A DNA stretch of 64,000 nucleotides from a virus: positions 32,001 through 96,000 of the IMG/VR virus record IMGVR_UViG_3300031857_000053; one strand, written 5' to 3'. Below are positions 19,401 through 30,900 of the stretch, piece after piece. The position numbers and the translations under genes were made by a program. The notes beneath the pieces are model-generated. The model made no database searches, was not told the DNA's origin, and saw only the letters and a program-made list of their open reading frames with translations. How positions within the stretch are numbered: the stretch's first letter is position 1; each line of letters starts with the position of its first letter.

Positions 19401-21911
19401 ACTTTATTAAAAAATTCTTATGAAAGATTTTTAAGATTAAGAAAGATGAATGATTTATTCAATCAGCTTTATGAGATGAAAGTTTTTTTAGATGAGAGAG
19501 GAATGCAAGATGTTTTAAATAATCGTGTTCCATCTATATTTTTTAATATTCCTAAAGCTAAAGATAGTATAACACCAGTATCTTTTGATTCTGAAAAATA
19601 TAGACAGATCTTAGATTTATTTGAAAAATATGAACAAACATCTGGTAAGCAATTTGAAAATAAACCAATTGTTGAAGCAATTCCATTTATTAGTGAGACT
19701 ATCAATTATAATATAGAGAATAGGGAAAAAGGAGAAGATAAAAGAACTTTAGCTGAGCATGCTGCATATTGGGGATTTGATCCTGAGATGAAAACTATAA
19801 CTTCAATTAAAACATTAGATGTTTTAAAAAAGATAGTTGATAGTCCTTATTCTACTTATAAAGAAAAAGCTTTAGCTAGAAGATTACTTACTATTGTTAA
19901 AGCTAATAGTGAAATAAAATTTGAAAAACTTTCACGTCCAAATAAAGCATTATATACCGATGAAGGAAAAATGGGAATGAGTGTAGATCCTAGATATTCA
20001 TCTTCTGATTTTGGAATTACAAAAAACTTTTCATTACCTATTGAAGCAATTATTCTTAATACAGTTATTAAGGATATTACAGCTTATGATATGTCAAAAA
20101 ATCTTGCTTTTAAAAATGATGTTGCTAAATTATTTGAAGCAGCTAAAGAAGAATTTAAAAAGAATAGACCAGCGAATGCTACTTTATTTGGAGATAAAGT
20201 TGATTTTGAATTTTATGGTTTAAGAAATCAAGAAGATTTTGTAGCGGAAGCTCTTACTAATGATCGCTTTGCAACGTGGTTAAAAACTATTGATTATCAA
20301 ACTACCGGTAAATCTGCGTGGCAAGAACTATTAGATATGCTTAGTCAATTCTTTGCAAAGATTTTAGGTATATCAAAAGATAATACTCTTTTAGATGAAG
20401 TAGTATATGTCGTTACTAAACATATTGATAAAATAGAAGGAGTTACTGAAGATAGTTTAGCTCAAGAAGCTAAATACAAAGCAGCAACTCAAGCTGGGAC
20501 AAATGTTCCAGGTGGTATATCTAAAGATAGTACTATTAACGAACTTGCTGCAGCAGGTGTTTTAAAAGAACTTGTTGCTGATTACAAAAGAATTAATAGT
20601 GAGAGACAAGTTGTAGCTCCAGATTCTGTATACGATCCACTTTATGATCAGCGTCCAGAGTCAGAGCTTATTGAAACTGAAGGATTCAAAAGATATCTTG
20701 ACTCTACATCAGCAAGTAATATTATTAGTGCTCACAATAGAAAGAAAGGTATTACTCCATCAACTACAATAACTACTCCTACTACTACTCCTGTTTCTGA
20801 TATAGAAGCTAAGAGAGCTGATATAGAAAAAAGAAGAAAAGAAAGTCTAAATGCTATTAAACAAAGACCTAATGAAACTTTGTTTACAGCTCCTTATTAT
20901 AAAGAAGGATATAATTTTAAACAGCTTCCTACAGACTCAGCTATGAGAACTGAAGCTGAAGAAAAAGAATATTATGAAATATTAAAAAACAATAATGCGT
21001 TAACTGATGTATCTATTCAAGTTAAAACTAGAGAGGAGGCTGAAAAATTAATCAACGCTAAATATGATACAGAACTAGCTGCTTTAGAAAAAGCTCCTGT
21101 TACTACTGTTGATACAACACCAGTTAATAAAAGAACTAAAGAAAGACTTCTTACTAAAGGTTATAATTATTCTGATATTGATAGTATGAATCAGCAACAA
21201 GCTGAAGCATTATTAGTAGAAGGATATACTAAGAAAGAAAAACTAGAAGCTATAGCTGCAGAAGAAGAATTGCAAAAACAAATTAAACGCGAAAAAGAAT
21301 TACTTACTAAGGTTGAATTAATGGCATCTATTATAAAAGATATTAATGAAGCTGAATATTTAACTGACCTTGCTGCTGTACAAAATAGAGTTTCAGATAT
21401 TATTAATCGTACTCCAGGTGTTTTAGATATAAATGCAATAGAAAGAGGAATTGAGTCTAAGAAAAAATCACTTAGTGCTAATATTGCTTTAGATAAAATG
21501 ATTGTTAATGAGTTTATTAGATTAGATAACAATCAATTAGTAAAAGTAATTGAAATAAATAATAATGGTATTAAAGTACAAACTACAGGAAAAATAGAAG
21601 ATGGTGCTTCTCAAGTTGAATTTTGGATTAACAAAAAACAATTTGATAAAGATCAAAGAGAACCAAATAAAAGATATGTTATGTATAAAGATCAACCAGG
21701 TATAGAAGAAGTCACAGGTATACCGGTAACTTCACAAGAAGATGTTGAATCTACAAAAGAGAATGTTACTAGTGCTAGAACATTAGTTTCTGATGAAGAT
21801 TTACAAAATGAATTTAAAGAAGTAGAATCTCAAGAAATAGTTGATCTAGAAAAGGATTTTCTTGATACCTTAGATCAGTGTTTACCGGGTAGTCAACTTT
21901 CCATTTTTTAA
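16407..21911 (+). CDS. Giant ejected protein 1 (RNAP-associated) with degenerate zincin-like domain, 1834 aa
   Basis: Gly/Ala-rich N-terminal region with an E...EGLQEV.Q motif; YGLRNQEDFVAEALTN zincin C-terminal helix at 20214-20261; single Cys near the C-terminus. Confidence 0.7.
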   Translation: MADVISEDINLSLPDPANLAASVAGGVMNPLLKESIDIDLPQPPPRYPVGVSATNMIPTQTNALTDSNSLIEQSNNSLATANQWARNPYQYGKLKTYNADSDGANFARYAAVPRVFKEQGFSLYRDNEALYNENATWWDYFKRSAGASWELFKTGFTDMLPWNAWDGKSSDLVAAKEMERWHAIGADSRSGVGSFINNMTVDSGYTFGILGEFAAEEIALWGATALSGGALGEVALTRTGKKIDDVIDALSIEKFRAKVNKAYDWMKSPDKMKDIYSYAKGTLKRAGKTLIPQTGSFIANDIIAAGKKGDLVFNMAKASKGFGAFYRDSRAVAAVLSEASLEGGSAELMVRDQLIDGFYDKNGRLPNDKEMSAIYSEAANAGRETYLWNLPALYISNQIVFETALKGFKPAAVFREELRTGLSGRLAFNEAWKKAGVKAWTTVEEGALQSFKNIFNPTTYKPKNLLRNTVGKFALYTKENLAEGLQEVYQDAVQKTMVDYYSARFTHPALSGSRSVWGEFAKNIGNPNLETFASGFLMGSMVQIPQKIAFNYLPKQFYKLTNRAEYDKNMALQQEHTDKVVDAMNYFTMGEKYYDSINENAVVQLNGNAEAQQANMAGDKKAFGDITDETEGNHFMTLLESGKLDILVDQFKDLKGLNKEALEEAFGPVDKSIAEDSYTFYQNRLDNMIKKSEQLKKLYETAEREIGDGPFHPSTVDGKKDPKLYEAMMQGAIAHKMAKRDFVLQNYSFYRTLQRVDSLTNNLVSNSELAKTSASDLMLATSPQLMVDEIAITKKLLEGYKTIEKDPDNKSKIQSLEERLEYLEELQSAIEGITVAQKLEPSRELGTQVKEIEDADKAARIDEGTVVKNKKGKEHKVSYVKKGDAYNSKGEKIGKLKDLDIVSQPEGKEEKDAMTYATERLFNAYSQWMKYSAKVNNNDNVTDRAIEKSFADFRDIYLLKQDSKFLGETIQTLLNPNYFRVYTERLRNVIADIDKSRKTLLKNSYERFLRLRKMNDLFNQLYEMKVFLDERGMQDVLNNRVPSIFFNIPKAKDSITPVSFDSEKYRQILDLFEKYEQTSGKQFENKPIVEAIPFISETINYNIENREKGEDKRTLAEHAAYWGFDPEMKTITSIKTLDVLKKIVDSPYSTYKEKALARRLLTIVKANSEIKFEKLSRPNKALYTDEGKMGMSVDPRYSSSDFGITKNFSLPIEAIILNTVIKDITAYDMSKNLAFKNDVAKLFEAAKEEFKKNRPANATLFGDKVDFEFYGLRNQEDFVAEALTNDRFATWLKTIDYQTTGKSAWQELLDMLSQFFAKILGISKDNTLLDEVVYVVTKHIDKIEGVTEDSLAQEAKYKAATQAGTNVPGGISKDSTINELAAAGVLKELVADYKRINSERQVVAPDSVYDPLYDQRPESELIETEGFKRYLDSTSASNIISAHNRKKGITPSTTITTPTTTPVSDIEAKRADIEKRRKESLNAIKQRPNETLFTAPYYKEGYNFKQLPTDSAMRTEAEEKEYYEILKNNNALTDVSIQVKTREEAEKLINAKYDTELAALEKAPVTTVDTTPVNKRTKERLLTKGYNYSDIDSMNQQQAEALLVEGYTKKEKLEAIAAEEELQKQIKREKELLTKVELMASIIKDINEAEYLTDLAAVQNRVSDIINRTPGVLDINAIERGIESKKKSLSANIALDKMIVNEFIRLDNNQLVKVIEINNNGIKVQTTGKIEDGASQVEFWINKKQFDKDQREPNKRYVMYKDQPGIEEVTGIPVTSQEDVESTKENVTSARTLVSDEDLQNEFKEVESQEIVDLEKDFLDTLDQCLPGSQLSIF
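20788..21101 (+). mobile_element. Putative in-frame insertion module (SDIEAKRADIEKRR...INAKYDTELAALE) bounded by 8-bp direct repeat CTCCTGTT
   Basis: CTCCTGTT at 20788-20795 and 21094-21101, 306 nt apart (in frame), within a Thr/Pro linker. Confidence 0.45.
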
Positions 21912-21929
21912 TTAAAAAACTATAAAGAC

Positions 21930-24900
21930 ATGATTTGTAATTTAGCTAATAATGAATCTTATAAACCTTTCCGAAAATATATCTTTAAAAAGTTATCTCT
22001 AGCTCCAGAAGGTTTTACATTAGAATCTTTTACTAAAGATATCTATAGAAAAGTATATGATAATACTACTGGTACTCCTGAAGATAAACATGCTAATGCT
22101 ATTAATCATGTTGCAATAGGAACTATATTTTTAAATCGTATTCAAGCATTAGAACCTTCAGTTTATGATACTATTAAAGATATAGATTTTAATAAATTTA
22201 TAAAACTTGTAAATAATATTAGTAAATCAGAACCTGATTTTTCTTCATTAGAAGAAATGTTAGGTTTGAAAAATAATCCTGTTGAAGAACTTAAAGAACT
22301 TAATGCTGCAGCTGCTGAATCTAGAGATAACAGTACAGCGGGTATACAGATGACATTATTTGAAGGTAGCGATATTAAAGTTAACGAAGAAGATGAACCA
22401 GCTGATACCACAAATAATAATATGGTAACTGCTACTGAAGAATATCAAGGTAAAGATACTGTTCAAGCGGATCAAGATAGAGAAACTATAAATATAGATA
22501 ATCCTAAATCTCCAGATTATTATAAAGCGAATCCTTTATATAGATTTTATTATAAAGTTAAAAGAGGTGTTTTAAAATTATTACAAAGACCAGGAACTAA
22601 TTTTGATAGTTCTCAAATTACTATTCCTTATAATGGAAAGAAAGGTGTATACTTAACAGTAATGAGTTCTAGTAAATTAAGTAGAGATGATTTTAAAGAA
22701 GATCCTACAATAGGAGGTAGCAATGATAAAAAGTTTATTTACGATGCTGGTGAACCAGTGTTTGTTTTAACTGATGTAGATGGTATTCCAGTTAAGTTTA
22801 ATGAAGAAGGTCAATTTGATGAAAATGGTAAATTATCTTATCATAAATTTAGAAATATTTATTCAACTCAAGTAAAAGATGGTAAAGTTTCTTTATACAA
22901 AAGTGCTAATCTAAATGCTTTAGATGATGTAAAAAGAGTAGATCTTTTAAAACAAAAATTAATGAAGCTTAATCCAGGGCTTAGTGAAAAAAATGCTAAA
23001 GCTCAAGCTGAAAAAACAATACTTGATCAACTTCAAATTATATATGATATTAGACAAGCTCTTAAAGCTAATCCAAATTTAATAGTTAAGACTGTTATAA
23101 ATGGTGGTTCAATGGGAGCTGTAAAAAAAGATATGAGTGTCAAAACACCTCTTGAGAATTTAACAATAGGTAATAGAGATTTTACTATTTATGCTGTAAA
23201 AAGTGATAGCGAAAATTCTGGATACACTTATACTAACACTGATGCTACAGGTTCTTATGATGTTGAAATAACTCGTCCTGATATTAGTCAAGTTGAAGGA
23301 TTAACAGATACAATTGTTTCTATATTATTTGATAAAGGTATAAGTAAAGATAAAGGAGTTTCAAAAGCTATTACTGCTGAAACTAGAAAAGAATTATTAC
23401 AAAATTATATATTTACTAGAACTGAAGGTTTAGATATGTTTGTTAATGAAGATGGTGGGTATACTGTTAAAATAGGAGGACAAGAAATTTATAGATTAAA
23501 AAATAAAAATTATACTTCAGTTGAAGAAGCTGCTCTTCTTGAAAAAAGAAAAAGTGCTGAAAAATTAGTTCGAGAATATTTTACTACGCTTGCTCCTCAA
23601 GCTGAGATCTTAGAAAAAGATCTTAATGATGTTGACATGAAAAATATAATTGAAGGAACTATTGATAAAGTTAGAGATCAATTTAAAAAAGGATATGTTT
23701 TTTATAATACAGAAAATAAAAAGTATTATAGAATAGGTTATCCTATACATCATATTAATGCTAAATATCAAAATGCTACTTATCCTGGTTTAACTCTTTC
23801 TAAAGAAGGAAACAATACAATATTTACAATTGATCGTAATGCTTCATATAATAACTATATAAAGAAAAATTTTACAATACCTTTTGAGTTAAATGAGAGT
23901 GGAGAGATTCCATCTCTTAATGCTTTTTATACTTATGAGTATGCTGAGGGTGAATTAAATAAAATATATAAGCCAGCTGAATCTACATCAGCTCAACCAT
24001 CTACTAGTGTTAAACCTGCTACTAGAAAAACATACTCTGGGAAAGTAACTAAGTTGACACTTAATCAAATATTTGTATTTGGAAGTAATCCTGAAGGAAG
24101 ACATGGTGCTGGTGCTGCTAAAGATGCTAAAGATTTATTTGGTGCAAAGTATGGACAAGGAAGAGGGATGCAAGGTCAATCTTATGCACTTGTAACTAAG
24201 AATCTTAAAGCTGGATTTGTTGAACCTAGCACAGGTATAACATATAAAAAAGCAGGAGAAAAGAGTGTTTCAAAAGAACAAATAATTGAAAACATAAAAG
24301 AGCTATATTCAGTTGCTAAAGAAAATACAAATAAAGAATTTTTAATACCTGATTACTCTAAAAGCAATCTTAATGGTTATACAGGTCAAGAAATGGCAGA
24401 TATGTTTAGTGCTGCTGGACCTATACCAAATAATATTGTGTTTCATAAAAACTTTGATAAATTAATTACTACTCAACCATCTACTAGTGTTAATCCATTA
24501 GTAGAAGCAGGAATTAAACCTTCTGATATGTTTGGTAATGCTGCTAAAGATATTCAGATGGCATCTGAATCTACTCAGTTTATTGGATTTGGTACAATAA
24601 TGAAAGAAGGTAATGTATCTTCTACAGATAAATATGCTAAAGCTTGGGGTACTAAAGCTAATACAGGAGTGTATACAGCTGGTGATACTATAATGGTATC
24701 AGGAAGTGGTAACTTTGGTAGAGGAGGTGTTGATAAAACTGTTGAAGCACAAGCTATTAGAAAAACACTTAGTGAAAAATATAAACCTTTATTAGATAAG
24801 GCTATAGAAGCAGGTGCATCTTTTAGAATTGGTAATCAATATGCAAAAGGTAATTTGTCAGATCAATTAGTTGCAGATTATTTACAAAAAAAGGGTTATA

Positions 24901-27900
24901 CTGAAGAAAAACTTAATGGTTATTCTAGATGGGTATCTCCTACCAAAACTACTCAACCATCTACTAGTGTTAATAAAGGTGTAGAAATATCTTCTAATGC
25001 TAAAGGTTTAGCAGCGGCACTCACTAATCCTACAGAGTTAGCTAAATCAAAAGGTAATATTAAACAATCTTATCCTATATATTTTCAATGGTTAGATAAA
25101 AATGGAGAAGTAAGAGATTCAAACTTTAAAGATGTTGAACAAGCTTATCAAAAATTAAAAGATAATTCTGAAGCTAAAACAAAACCTACTAAAGAAAATA
25201 GTAATAATTATAAACTAATGGTAGATTTGATAAAAGCTAAATTAGAACAACATCCCAGATTAGTTTTAGAAATAACTAAACAAGGAGGTTCAGCTTGGAT
25301 ATTATCTTCTACACATCAACCAACTAAACAAAATACTGTTTGGGAAACAGGTGGACAAAACTGGTTTATTCAAGCTCTCAATGATGCTTATTTATCTACA
25401 CAACCATCTACTAGTGTTTCTGTAGATACTAAAGCTGATATTACTTTACCTACTACACCTGATCAACAAAATACTAATTCTATTGATCAAGCTCTTAATA
25501 TTATTGATGATGCAATTAATAATTTTGATAAACTTAAAGCTTTAAAACTTATTGATCAAAAAGCTACAGTAGAACAAATAGAAGCAGCTAAAAAGTGGTG
25601 GGAAAACCATCCTATGTCTAGTAAAATTCCGCTCTATGTTTTATTCAATGCTGTTAATACTAAAAATCCAACATCAATTGCTAATTGGACATTAGATGGT
25701 ATTACACTATATCAAGGTGCTGATTACTCTGATTTGTATCACGAAGCATGGCACGGGTTTACTCAGATGTTTTTAACTAAAGAACAGAAAGAAAATCTTT
25801 ATAAAGAAGTAGGAAAAAAATCTGGTGGTTTTACAGATTATAAAGGAAACTATACTTTATTTAAAGATGCTAAACCAAAACAACTAGAAGAATATTTAGC
25901 TGAAGATTTTAGAAATTATATGTTATCTGGAGGTAAGAAGATTGCTGGTAAAGCTCCTGTTAGAAATAAAATTTTTAAGTTTATTGCTGATATATTAGAA
26001 TGGTTATTTGGAAATCTTACAAGAGAACAAATAGCTAATGGTACAGAAAGCTTAAGCACTATTCATGACTTATATGAAAAACTTCGTGTAGGTAATCTTA
26101 GTGAGTATACTTTCTCTCAAAGCAATGCTCAATATGATAAGCTTAGTAAAGGAGAGATTTTAGCTACAAGAAATACTGATAAACCTGTTGACGATATAGA
26201 TACTAAAAACTATATCTTAAATATGGTTGATTCTTTTTTATCTCAATATGTTGATAGAGTTTCTGAAGGAAAAAGAAAAAAATATATTGCTAATGCTAGA
26301 CTTCAAGCTGAAGCTAGAGGAGAAACTTTTGTAGAATCTACAGCAGAACTTTCATATAAATATACCGCAACATTATTAAAAACAGCAGAAGGTAGAAAGT
26401 TAGCTTATGGTTATGCTCAAGAAATGATTAAAGCTATTCATGATGGACTTGTATTATTACAACAAAATGAAAGTAGTGAAATTATTCGTGCTAATAGAAA
26501 AAAAATAATTGATACTTTAAGTTGGACTTATAATAACTTTGGAGATATAAATAATCTTAAAAATAATAAGATAGATAAGGAGGGTAGATTTCAAAATGTT
26601 ATTGCGTTTCATACTGCTAAAAGTAGATTATTTACTAAACAAGAAAAAGAACTTTTCTTTAGTGAAGATGCGCTTAATGAAGAAGATTTATTTTTAATTG
26701 GAAGAGATGGTTTAGGAAGTGTAGGTGGTAATGAAAAATCATCTAAAGAATTAGCATCAGAAGATATCCTTATTATGATGAATAGTTTACATGAGGTAGA
26801 TGCTAAAGGTAATACTATATATGTAGAAGGAACTGAAGTTGAAATAGAAACTAAACAAGGTGTTAAGCTTAAGATAGGTGTACCTAAGCTTCAAGATTTT
26901 GATGTTACTTGGAATATTCTATCTAAGAAATTAGAAAATAATCAAGATGCTGAGAACATGTACGCGATCTTAAGTGATCTTGCAAAGTCAAAACCTAATC
27001 TTCCATTTAAACAATTATTAAATAAACTTGGTCCAATAAAAACTGCGGGATCAGCAGAGTTTAGATTATGGACTAATTTTTGGCAAACTTTTAATTTATC
27101 TAGAGTTGGTTTAGTATATACTAAAGTTAATATAACAACTAAAACAGAGAGTAAAGGTGAGGTTAAAGAATTAAATTTTGATAATTGGGAATTTACAGCT
27201 AGACCTACTAAAGCTACCACTAGTATAAATACAATTAAAAAAAATTGGGATTATGCTTTTAGAATGAAAGATAAAGGTGATTATATCGGTAAAGATTCTC
27301 TTGGACAAAATTATCTTTTATTAGATAAGATTTTAGAAGATTTTAAAGATAATATAAAAGGAAAAGAATTTGAGTTTTTTAAAGCAATAGGTATAGATTT
27401 TGATACAAATAATGAAGATATTCTTAAAGAAGTTTCTTCTAAAAATTCTTTAGATACAGCTAAAAGAATTTATAATATTATTAAAGCTTTATCTAATGCT
27501 AAATATAAAGAAGAACCTCTTATAGGAAAACCTAAATATACTATATATGCTCCATCTCAATTATTTAAAGAAATATATGAAATAGGTGAAGATAAACAAT
27601 ATGTTTGGAAAGATAAATTTGAAATAGATTCTCAAGGTAATAGACGTAAAGTAGGAACTGAAAAAAAATTTTTAGTAGATATAGGTTATAAAACATCAGG
27701 AGAAGGAACAAGATTTGATAACTTAGCTGAAATTCAAGCTGAGTATTCTGATAAATGGGGAACTAATCAAGTTACAAATGCAGAAGGTAATACTCAATTT
27801 GATTTAACATTAAATAATTTTCTTACTGTTTTAAAGAATACACTTAATCAAGTACAAGATGTAAAAGATGCTAACGGCAAAGTTATTATACCTGCATATA

Positions 27901-30900
27901 AAGTTTTAATTAGTCTTCCATGGATGAGTAATTTAGATGTAGATAAAAATCCAGATGCTGAGTCTTCTATTTTATTAAATTCTTTATTTGATCTTAATAA
28001 AAATAGTACAAAATATGGTGAAAGAATAAAAGATGAAAAAACTAAATCTGGATATGTAGAAGTACAATTAAAAAATCTTAGTGGAGTAGCATTTAATAAA
28101 GATGATGTTTATGATGAAAAGAAATCTACTTCTTTATTTAATTCAGATCCTTTAACAAAACTAGTAGCAGATTTTCATACTGGTTTGATGAATGGAAATT
28201 TTGAGTTAATGCGTCACTCAGATAAAGGAACATCTTTTAGTTTCTTTACTACTTCTTTAGATAAAAAGAATATTAATAATAGAAATAAATATTTATATGT
28301 TGATACTGCAGATTTTGTTACAAGTTTAGGAACAAAGAATGCTATTAATAAATATATTTTTCCAACTTTAAATTCAGAATTTAAGCGAATAAAAAAGTTT
28401 AGAAATATTAAACAAGCAGTAGAAGATGCTAGAAAAGAAACTGATCCGGAAAAAAAGAAGGATATGTTTAAAGCAATTGGTAATACTGATTTTAATTATA
28501 TAGAAAAAGGATCTTCTTTTGTAACATTTCAAGGTGTTTTATCTCCAGAAACTAAAGTAAAAATACTTAAGCAACTAGATAAAAATAGTTTAACAGAATA
28601 CTTAAATACTCCAGAAGGTTTTGAATTAAAAGTTGAAATTGGAAAAGATATTCAAAATTATTTTAATAATCAAATTGAAGCTGTAAGTAAAAAGTTTCCT
28701 GTTAGAAGAAGTGGTGTTAAACTTATAAGTGGTGATATTATTAAAAAAATAAAAGATCATGTTACAGCTAATTATACTGAAGGATTAGGTCTTTCACAAA
28801 CAGGAAAAGATATACTTAGAAATACTGATTTTAATAAAGTAGCTTTAAGATCTTTTGTAATTAATTCTTGGATACATAATACTGAAAGTATCAAATTAGT
28901 TTATGGAAACCTTGCTCAATATAATATGGCTAAGGAAGAATTTCATAAGAGAAATGCTGGTTCAAGTTCTACTGGTACACTTTATAGAACTGATAAAGCT
29001 GCAATGGATTATGTAAATAATATTCTTAATGGTGGTGATACATATGCTAAATCAATAGGACAAACTAATAGATATTATGATGGAACTCTTAATACAGCAA
29101 TTGTACAAGATAGTGTTCAAAGATCTGTTTATATAGAAGATTATTCTAAAGACTTAATTGCTGAACAATTAAAAAGAAATGGTGGAAATCAACGAGAAGC
29201 TGAGAAAAAAGTTTTTGGTTACGATGAAAAAAATAATAAAGTTGGTACTCTAGAAAAACCAATTAAGGGTGGATTAATTACAGCATATACTGATATGAAA
29301 GAAGGAGATGGTCAAGGTTGGGTAACTTTTGATTCATATAGAATGCTATTAAACTTAGAAGGTAAGTGGTCAGATTCACAAGAAAATTTATATCAAAAAA
29401 TAGTAAAAGGTGAACAAGTTTCTAGTGCTGATATAGCTTTCTTTTTTCCTCCACAAAAGTTACAATACTGGGGACCTCTTGGTAACAGATTATCTGGTAA
29501 AGCTGCAATAGGACAAAAGATTAATTCTGATGTACAGCTTACAGCTATGCACAAGTTTTCTTTAGTACCACTTATTCCTACTGTAATTAAAGATAAAAGA
29601 ATTCAAAAGCTCCACGATAAGATGGTTCGAGAGCAAGTGGATTATGTAACATTTGAATCCGGATCAAAGATTAGTAATATTACAAGTGCTGAAAAGTTTG
29701 GAGAGAATGGCAAACAAACTTTTGATCTTTTTTACGCAGATAATAAGCGTAATATTAGTGAGGAACCATTTACAATCAATCCTATTTATGTAAACTATTT
29801 AAAGAATCAGTTAGAGATAGCACCTAAGTTTAAAAAGAAAGTAACTTTTTCTACTCAGCTTAGAAAACTTATTGAAGATGGTTTAGTAGAGAATGGTGTG
29901 CCAATTGATTTTGGAAGAAATTTATCTCGTGAAAAAAGAATTGAAGCTTGGGATGCTATTACAACAGAAGATGCTAAGATGGCCGCATCTCCTAAGTATA
30001 AGATCTATAAAACATATGAGAATAAATTAAAGAAACTTACCGAGCTTAAAAGAGATCAACTTTTAGAAGAGATGGGTTGGAAGATGGTGAATGGTAAACC
30101 AGTTGGTACAATAGAGAACTTAGTTAGATTTGTTAAAGCTGAATTAGAAAGACAAAATTTAGGAGATCATGAAATAGATTTCTTAGATGTAGTTGATGGT
30201 GGTACAAAGCTTAAAACAGATGCTTCATTTTCTTTGTCTGCAGATAAGATTGAAAAGTTACTTAATTCTATTGTAGTAAATAGATTGATCAAACAAAAAA
30301 TTAATGGTGAAGCTTTAATCCAAGTATCTACTGCTGGTTATGAAAATAATGAAGCTTGGGATGCAGCAAGAGGTGCTACTGAAGAAGAGTTAGAAAAGTG
30401 GGGAACAGATGATCTTCCTACTTATAGAAAAGGAAAAGATGGAATTACTAAAGCAATGAAAGTGAAAGTTGCTTTACAAGGAAAGTTTTTATCTCTACTT
30501 AATCTTAATCATAATGATGGTCAAACTATAGCTGTTTATGATATTGTTAATGGTAAAAAAGTTCTTAATCTAGAATCATCTAGAACAAGACTTAATTCCA
30601 TGATTAAAAATGAAGAGTGGTTAAATAAAGAAAATCATCGTAAGATGATTACTATGGTTGGTGTTCGTATTCCAGTACAAGGATTAAATTCTATGGAGTT
30701 TATGGAAGTATACGAATTCTTACCAGAGGAAGCAGGTAATATTATTATACCTCCAACAGAGATTGTAGCTAAATCAGGAGCTGACTTCGATATCGATAAG
30801 CTTACAGTGATGATGCCTAATATAAAAACCAAAATAAATAAAGCTAAAATTACTAATGCTTTATTAAGAGAACTTGGTGAAAAAAATCCAACTTTAGATT

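Noticed and set aside
20755-20790. ACT-rich microsatellite-like stretch
   Set aside because: Explained by a Thr/Pro linker; imperfect and in frame.
23994-25418. Regularly spaced identical repeats as a CRISPR array
   Set aside because: Spacers are 429-462 nt, in frame and protein-coding; repeats are only 18 bp; no cas genes are present.
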